Origin: Eledone cirrhosa
Lineage: Eukaryota
Assembly: GCA_964016885.1 (NCBI GenBank)
Contig: OZ024751.1
Span: 11,408,001 to 11,472,000, forward strand
Length of the DNA: 64,000 nucleotides
Direction: 5' to 3'
This document shows, piece by piece, positions 54,219 to 64,000 of the stretch. Position numbers and translations under genes: made by a program. The notes under the pieces were generated by a model that worked only from the letters and a program-made list of their open reading frames with translations, was not told the DNA's origin and ran no database searches. Position 1 is the first letter of the stretch, and every line of letters begins with the position of its first letter.

Positions 54219-55924
54219 AAGCTATACGCACGCATATACATACATACAAACAGTGAGTTATATACCGCCCATCCCCCTGCACACACATATATATATATAT
54301 TTATATATATTTATTCAGACGCTATACATGGTTACTCTTATGTACAAATTCACTATCATATTTATCATTATATATATATGCGTGTGTGTGTGTGTGTTTA
54401 TGGGGGGAGGGGGGGGGGGGTTATGAGTGTTTGACAGCAGAGTTGTAGAGTCGCATTAACATTTACAAGGAAAGGATGACGATTAAAATAAAACAGGCGT
54501 TATACCAAACAGAGACTCAAATTTAAACTATGTACAATGTAAAATCCCTTCATCCGCAATGGCAAACACACTTATAAATTGTGTAACCTAAAATATGAAA
54601 AAGCAGTTAAACTATAATGTTTGAGATGTAGTTTTTACGAATATTATTATGTTGTAGTCCTAGATTGACATTCAGAGGAAAATCACATGCACCATTGCAT
54701 TATCGAGGTAACAAAAATGATGGACGGCAATCGTTCGGCAATGTAATAAGATTGCCAGTCACTATCTAGTTAACACTGATGTTTCACCAATTTTTCAAGA
54801 CACTCTGATCATGTGGGAGACCGGTTAGACTACGGGTCTTTCAAATCCCTAAAAGGATACTGTTACTATTTGAAGCAGACGTATTCAGAGCGTTCAGTGT
54901 AACAAAACATAGATGTCCTGGTTACAAAAAAACGCAAGGTTTCAGAGAATGTTATGGTCGCAATGAGTAAACAAGAATTATTTCTAGCATATTTAAAAGT
55001 AATGTAGTCTTTCGATCCTTATTACTATTGTTGCTTTCGATCGGTATTATTCTTGCCTCAGATCTAGCCCAATATAACGAACCTATTATTTATTTATTTT
55101 TCTGTCTCAAGCTACCAAATTTTCTCTGGTTTCGTCCTCATCTACAACACCATTATGCAGCCTTTCCTTCCTTTTCTGAAGATAGTTGTCTTTGATTAGA
55201 GGGAAATTCGACTGCTATTCCTTGGATATTCAACCATCAGTGAAAGGCTTCTAACTTTGTCTTATCAGCCGCGTTCTCTTCTGATTTAATTCGTTTTTTT
55301 TTTATTTTGTTATGGTTTAGCTTTAGATTAAACGTGATTGAGTAGACCATTTATTAACCGTATTCTCAATCTACTTTTAGGGGTGACTATAACTAAAATA
55401 TCTATAAATATTTTTGCAATATCTATTTAATAAAATAAGCCGTGCGAATTGAGGAAAAATTTAACAAATGTTTCGTGTAGATCAAGCAAGTGGGTACTGG
55501 TCCCCGTGACGTCCAACTAATTTAACTCCCAAAAGTGTTGGTAACCCAAAACTATAGCAGCAGAAACATGAACATGGTGTCACGAAACGAGTACAATAAA
55601 CGAAACCACGTGATTGCAGCGCAAATTCCTGAACCTCACAAACATGTTTGCGTCTGTCGACAGAGGTGTTGAGTTGAATGTAATTTAGTGTGGTAGTCAG
55701 GAGAACGATAGAGGAAGAACAGAAAATGTGTTATATATTAAGTTGCTAGGAGAGTTTCAGCAGTTTGTTTCTAAAATTTGTCATTTTTAGAATATATAAT
55801 TCATACATACATAAATACATACAAGCACACATCCATCCATACAAACACCTATACATACTAAGATACATATATACACATACACATACCCACATACATACAC
55901 ATACATATATATATATATAAATAT

Positions 55925-55965
<41 letters not shown>

Positions 55966-56002
55966 TATTTATATATATATGCACATATATATATATACAA
56001 AT

Positions 56003-56089
<87 letters not shown>

Positions 56090-56104
56090 CATATATATAC
56101 ACAT

Positions 56105-56155
<51 letters not shown>

Positions 56156-56435
56156 TATATACACATACAAATATATGTATATATACCAATGAGCGGTAAT
56201 GGGTATATATTGTTAGCATCGTTATTGCTTTTTGTTGTAATGTATAGTAATTAGTTCGGTAACTATCTGTAGTGAAGTTGTCTTAATTAGGAGAGGTGTT
56301 GAAATGATACATTGATTTTTATTTCACATTTGTTTCAAATGTATTTATTTAATTTTTAAAATTTTCTTTCACGGAGATTGCTGACAGTTTCATTGCCTAT
56401 GTTGGTATATAACTGTCTGTCTATCTTTCTTTCTT

Positions 56436-56525
<90 letters not shown>

Positions 56526-56526
<1 letters not shown>

Positions 56527-56682
56527 CATTTTACACGTTTTTATTGTATGTAAACTTCCCCCTTTGTATTTGTCCCCTTCTTTTGTGCCCCTGTGGCTAA
56601 TAAAGAGATATATCTATCTATCTATCTATCTATCCGTCTGTCTGTCTATCTATCTACCATTGTGGCAAATAAAGAAATCTAT
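56526..56682 (+). mobile_element. Two short Tx1/L1-like 3' tails inside (ATCT)n
   Basis: ...tgtgcccctgtggctaataaagaga and ccattgtggcaaataaagaaat, each flanked by ctat repeats. Confidence 0.6.
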
Positions 56683-56702
56683 CTATCTATCTATCTATCT
56701 CA

Positions 56703-56786
<84 letters not shown>

Positions 56787-57239
56787 TTACATATGCATAC
56801 ACATCCATACACGCCCACACGTAGGCTCACACATATACGTATACAATATAGTACGTCGTGTTTCTTCTATATAAATTCTAATTAGTTATCGTGGTAGAAA
56901 AGGAAACGTGGTTTCTACAGTATGTTGTTATCACATTACTTAACATATATCAACATCACAATCTTCATTACCATCCCATATAGCCATTACTTCTCCACTT
57001 GCATACAAGGCGTGACTGAATTATTTTGACGTTCGTTTCACAATCATATATTGCCCTGGTTCGATACCACTGCATCTCATCATGGGCAAGTATTATTTAC
57101 CATAGATTAAGTTCATACCCAGTCATGTAACTAACACCGTTGCTTCTGTGTTGCATGGTTGACCCGTTGCGCAATCGTTGTATTTGTGCAGAAAGGAAGA
57201 ATTTACCTCATTAGGAAGAAACATTTCAAAACGTTAAGA

Positions 57240-58110
<871 letters not shown>

Positions 58111-58549
58111 CAAAATATATTTGATCACTTAACGACGTCGACGGTGATGACAACGACGACGTCGACGACAATGATGACGATGATGATGATGACAGTAATA
58201 ACAATACTACTGCTACTAATACTAGTAATAATAATATTTTTCATCAGATCTTGTCACTATTCTGTGTTGACCTCCATTGTGCCCCATAATATAATTGTCA
58301 ATGTAGACACTTTGATTTTTCATCTTATTTTTCACTATTTCACTTTACTCCCATATCCATTAATATATATATATACATATATACATATATATATATATAT
58401 GTATATATATATATGTATATATATATATAATATATATATATACACACACATATGTACATATATATGTGTATATATATATATACACGTATATATATATATA
58501 TATATATATATACACGTATATATATATATATATGTGTGTGTGCATGTGT

Positions 58550-58587
<38 letters not shown>

Positions 58588-58876
58588 TGTGTGTGTGTGT
58601 GTCTGTGTATTCCTGCGCCGGTACTTAGTTAAACAGTGTTTTGATTCAGTTGAAGCGAGTTAAAGCTTAAGGCAGTAAATCATAATATCTGATATCTGAT
58701 ATTGATATTTTCACTGATATATAAAAATGTGTTTGTATATAATTTCTACATACATACGTATATACACAGAGCCAGTTAGATACACATATATTTACTTACA
58801 TAAATACACACACACACATATATATATATATGCATATATAAATGTATGTATGTATATATAAATGTATGTATGTATA

Positions 58877-58931
<55 letters not shown>

Positions 58932-61486
58932 CTACTTAATAGGTACACACACTTTTTGCATATATATGCGTTAGGGTGAATATATTTTGGTGTGTGTGTG
59001 TGTATGTGTAAATATATATACATACATATATACTAATCTGTATGTATTTCTTCCATCAACCCACATGTCAATAACAACCATTTATTCATTGGTCAATTTG
59101 CATACACATTCGACACACACAGATAGACTCTCACACACACATACAATACACACATGTATACACACATATACATTTATAAATATGTATATATACACCTATT
59201 ATGATTTTCTTTATAGTATTGCAACAATATGCCTTCCAGCGCCAACATATTCACCAATATTGAATGTATTACGATACTGTTCTTCACCTTCTGAAAACTT
59301 TACGCCCGGAGACAACTGTGTCGACTTTAAGACCGTTCAGACATTTTGGGAATTAATCAATACAGCCATCATATATATATATATATAGTCCCCCTGTTAT
59401 CTTCTCCTTCACCATCACCTCTAATTGCTAATGACAATTATTAAAAGTAAATATATCTTAACCAGACACATTCTGAATTTAGTGGAAATGATCAGAGACG
59501 TACTTATTTCTCATTTTTATATTTTTGAGTGTAGTGGACGACTAGAGATTTTATAACCCCGTAGTGTTCTTCAGTTGTCATTGTTCATTAGTGTTGTTGT
59601 TGTTGTTCTCGTCATTGTTATCGTAGATTTTTGGCCCTAGGTCACTAAGTATCAAGCAGATTAAAAGGTATATCAGTTGTGATTATTCTGTCCTATTTTA
59701 ACCGAATTGTTTTCTGGTTCAATCCCTCTCTATCGTATATTATGCAACAGTCTTCTAACAAAGCCACACGATGATAACATCTCTTTGAGAGAAAACTCTT
59801 GGGAAGCGAAGTTGCAGATTCTTTACAACACAAGATTAAATACATCACGATAGTTCTTGCGGCACTTAGCGCTTTGTGTTTAATTCGCATCATTGTCAAG
59901 TTTGAATATTTCATATCCTGTTTGATATGATAATCTGACAAATTCCGTTCGTGGAGTCCATTCTGTTGCAACCGTTTGGACCAGGTCCCTGTCTGGAGAT
60001 AACTTCTTTCGTCCTATCCAACGGAATCAGTGGAACTTCAATGTTTAATGGACACTCCCTCTACCTCTCTTATTACACAGTAAAAATTAAGTCGGCTCTG
60101 ATCAAGGAAATATATGATTAAAATATGTCCAATTTTACAACTGCAGAGTGAGAATTGAAGAAGAATTGCATTCTCTTTGTAGCAAACGAATCTGGAGACC
60201 CTTCATAGTATATTTCACTAAATTTACGCATCCTTGATAAGTTGTAACACTATCAATTCCAAATTTATTGTATATCGTTTCCTGTCTCAGAACGGGGGTT
60301 GTTAACTCAAATAACATCCATGCGCTCGAGTTAATTTCATATTTTACAGCCATCCCCTTTTAATGGTTAATTATGATAGTTAATGTTAATGTTAGCCCCA
60401 GGCCAGCTTTGATTGAGGCGATATATGATCAAAGAGTTTCTGACTATCTATCCCTCCCGTCTATAACTATCTCTATCTCTCTGTATATATGGCTTATCTT
60501 AATTAACTTTTCATCAGTTTTATGCCATAATCCAATTAATTCACTCTATGTCCAACATAATGCAAACACAATGCCAAACTATTTTAATTTATTTTTTAAC
60601 GTAAACTCATTTTTCAGTTCCAAAATTATGCAGCCATCATATTCTTTTCTTTATTATTTGTTTCTCATCTTTTTTTGTTTTTAATCCTTACATATATAAT
60701 ATAATTATGTAAAAGAATAGCAACGTAAATGTTCAATTTTGAAATATTCTCTACAGAATATTTTTGAATTTTCCAGTCGAGATTTTCATCATTTTACGTT
60801 AGCATGATTATGGTTTTAACTAGCATAATTAAGGTTCTTTGAGACAAAGAGAACAGCCAAAGCTAAAATAGCCATATATAGAATAATTCATATCTGAATC
60901 TTTTGGATGTTTTATTGGTACGTTATATATATATATTTATATATTATTTTTATTTTCTAAATCATTAATATCTTCGCTCTTTTATTCTTGAAACAATTTC
61001 ACCCATTAGGTTGGAAGACTTTATTTAAATATTCCAAGCGCTGTATCATTATGTGTGATTATAAATAAAGGGCTAGTTACTAATGATACTAATTAGTAAA
61101 ATATTTTATTTATAAACAAAATGGCCGCTATCTATAAGAAAGGAATCTGATAATAAACGTTTGTAGATGTTGATCTTAAACAAAAGGTTTCTAAATAACA
61201 GGATTTGTATTCCAAATTGTACTGCTGGTGGTGGTTGAATACTTTCGAAATATTTAAGAACTAACGTAGAAACTAAATTATCCCTGGTTTAAATGTGATC
61301 AAGCACCCAAACAAACTCTAGTCCCTTCTTTTTGATTCCATTATTTACAGGGAGAAATGCATAAATGGAAAGCAGGAACTTATGATTTGAAAACGAATTT
61401 TTTTTTTTATTGTAGAATCATGACTGGCATATATGAAATGTATTCTGTGTAAATTTGTGTGAAGGTGTACGCATCGTAAACAGTTG

Positions 61487-61517
<31 letters not shown>

Positions 61518-61584
61518 TATATATATATATATATATATATATAAAGAGATAGAGAGGAAGAACATAAGCGCAATGGTTCGGTGG

Positions 61585-61987
61585 ATTATCATTATCATCA
61601 TCATCATTTTCTTTTTTCTTCTCCTCCTCCTCCTCCTCCCTTTCTTCTTCTTCTTCTTCGTCGTCTTCGTCGTCATCGTCGTCGTCGTCGTCGTCGTAGT
61701 AGTAGTAGTAGTAGTAGCAGTAGTATTAGGAATAGCAATAATAGCAGTATAGCATATATATTTTTTTATATTGTTAGTAAAGGAAATGGGAGCAATCCTA
61801 TTGGCGACCAGCATATTGATAGTGAATTAACCTAAGAGAATGAACCCAGCTCTTACAATCTGTGTGATTACCAATTTAAATTACATAGTTTATTCAAGGA
61901 AGTAATTGCAGAGTATTTGTGTGTTGTTGTCAAAGGATCGCAAATTCCACGATTTGATACATGCCAACGTCATAATTTTGACGATAT

Positions 61988-62047
<60 letters not shown>

Positions 62048-62059
62048 CATTAGTACTAT

Positions 62060-62091
<32 letters not shown>

Positions 62092-62180
62092 TTACTACTA
62101 CTACTACTATCACCACCACCACCAGCACTACTACTACTACTGCTACTACTACTACTACTACTACTACAAACAACAACAAC
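61585..62180. repeat. Trinucleotide microsatellite clusters (CAT, CCT, CTT, CGT, AGT; then CTA)
   Basis: Direct inspection. Confidence 0.9.
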
Positions 62181-63019
62181 ATTAAAATATGAAAGTATGA
62201 ATATGGAAAATAACAATGATATTCATAATAATAATAATGACAATGACGAAAACTGCAACAACATCAACAACAATCATTATACTGCTGATGACGATGATGA
62301 TAATAAAAATAATAGTATTAATGATAGGAGAAGAGAAGGTGGGAATGAATGCTAGTTACTCTTTTATCTCCTCAGCAGCAAGTGTATTTTCAAAAGACAT
62401 GCTTAATCTACCCAGTTGAAAAACCGTTACAAGATTGATTACATTCAAAACGATATGAGTCACAAATGAACTAGAAATATTAATAAAAAAAATAATATTC
62501 TATATATGAAAGAACATTACTAATGAAAGATAAAAAGACACACACAAATTAGTAATGAAATCTAAAAAAAAATATACATACGAAAGACTGAAAGGAAGAA
62601 AGTAAGAAAGAAACATGTAAAAATATAGAGATGCTAGAGAATAAGAGATGTTAGATAAAGACTTAAAGCGGAACGAATCTGACAAAAAAGATAGAAAAGT
62701 AAAGAAAAGAAAAACGAAAGTACTTGTAGAAATTAAAAATTATGTTAAAGATAAAATAAATTATTCCCTAAATACATTAAATACACACAAAAAGAAAAGA
62801 CTTATGTTCTTGGTAAATATGTCAAATTAAGGATTAAATACTTAAAATAGCGATGAGGGTTCAAAGAATTTCAGATTTTGATACTAATTTTTGCTTTCAT
62901 GATCATGAAAGATTCATCATCTTCAGATCAAGAATATGCATGATCAATTAAACGTATGATGAAAGGTGTTTCAGTCACATGCATAAAATTATTTTATTCT
63001 GAAAAGGTTATCCGTGAAT

Positions 63020-63180
63020 AGGCGGCCAAGTGGCAGAGCCGTTAGAACGTCGTATAGAAGGCTTTATTGTATTCTTCTGGCACTCTGCTCTGGAGTTCAA
63101 ATCCCACCGAGGTCAACTTTGCCTTTCATCCTTTCCGAGATCGATAAAAAAAGTACCAGTTTAGTACTAGAGTCGATTCT
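63020..63180 (+). mobile_element. Older tRNA-derived SINE copy
   Basis: ggcggccaagtggcagag..gagttcaaatcccaccgaggtcaactttgcctttcatcc..gatcgataaaaaaagtaccag. Confidence 0.85.
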
Positions 63181-63851
63181 TCCTCTATATCTCTTTCTCC
63201 TTTCCCCTCTCTAACTTTCTATATTTTTCTGGAAGAGATCTGCTTTACTCAGGCCTGGGCTCCGCTAGGTAAAATACCCAAGAAACGCTGTATGTGAATT
63301 CGGCGCCCTTACGACTCTATCGGAAATTATGGGACAATACATACAATACGATCCTAGACATCATTATCCAGTGAAGTTTACTACATTTCAGATATTACGA
63401 CTCACCGTCAAATATAAAATTGATGAGGCCTTCCCAACTTCATACATTTTCGAAGTAATTGTTCGAAATAAACAAGAGAATGCCTCGCCAATTGAAAACG
63501 TATTACCTTTTTTATTATTTTAGATCATCATGTCTTGTAAAGCTACAATAATGTACGTAAGGCTTAAAAGGTGACGGCTAAAAGCAGCTAGAAACGATTG
63601 GTGAAATACTAAAATGGGGTCGCCTGATATACGATAGATGAGGACAGTTCTGTCACCTTTTTTCTGTCTCAAAGTGTAAATTACCTGACATATTCGACTG
63701 AGATTTATAGTTAATCTACATTGTGGAGGCTTTTCAAATATATACGCACACATTCACACATGTACTTAAACACACACAGAGACACATATGCACACACACA
63801 CATACACACACACATGCACACATAGACAGACACACACACACACGAAGACAG

Positions 63852-63884
<33 letters not shown>

Positions 63885-64000
63885 CTTGTGTGTGTGTGAG
63901 AGTAATGCCATTTTTCGCTTTCATGGCAAAATGTTTGTTGCTTAGACCAAGAATATACGACGTGATCAATGAAAGTTATGATGAAATGCGTTAGGTTGAA

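Noticed and set aside
59940-60030. Minus-strand RWIG..ATEWTPR peptide resembling an RTE C-terminus
   Set aside because: Too short and degenerate to call.
62876-62932. CTGAAGA...GAAA hammerhead-like motif on the minus strand
   Set aside because: Stem III and the UH register do not fit the stem I pairing.

Overview
This is repeat-dominated animal genomic DNA, most likely from an octopus or related cephalopod; the organism is inferred from recalled SINE and RTE end sequences and the very dense (TA)n/(CA)n/(CCA)n tracts. No host gene could be confidently identified, and almost all listed ORFs are microsatellite artefacts. The one near-complete coding element is an RTE-clade LINE (46063-49330) with an APE endonuclease, an RT and a PHD-like finger, broken by a single frameshift just before YADD. 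Other transposable elements are degraded Penelope-like element (PLE) RT and GIY-YIG fragments, Tx1/L1-like 3' ends, an R4/Dong-like remnant, a non-autonomous Helitron, a Tc1/mariner-type MITE and about 20 copies of a tRNA-derived SINE. The most notable signal is invisible to the ORF track: roughly 15 type I hammerhead-ribozyme (HHR) motifs, ranging from intact to degenerate or half. They belong to several unrelated sequence families, and most lie in short fold-back or inverted-repeat modules next to (TA)n tracts. All motifs were found and paired by eye; none has been folded computationally or tested.
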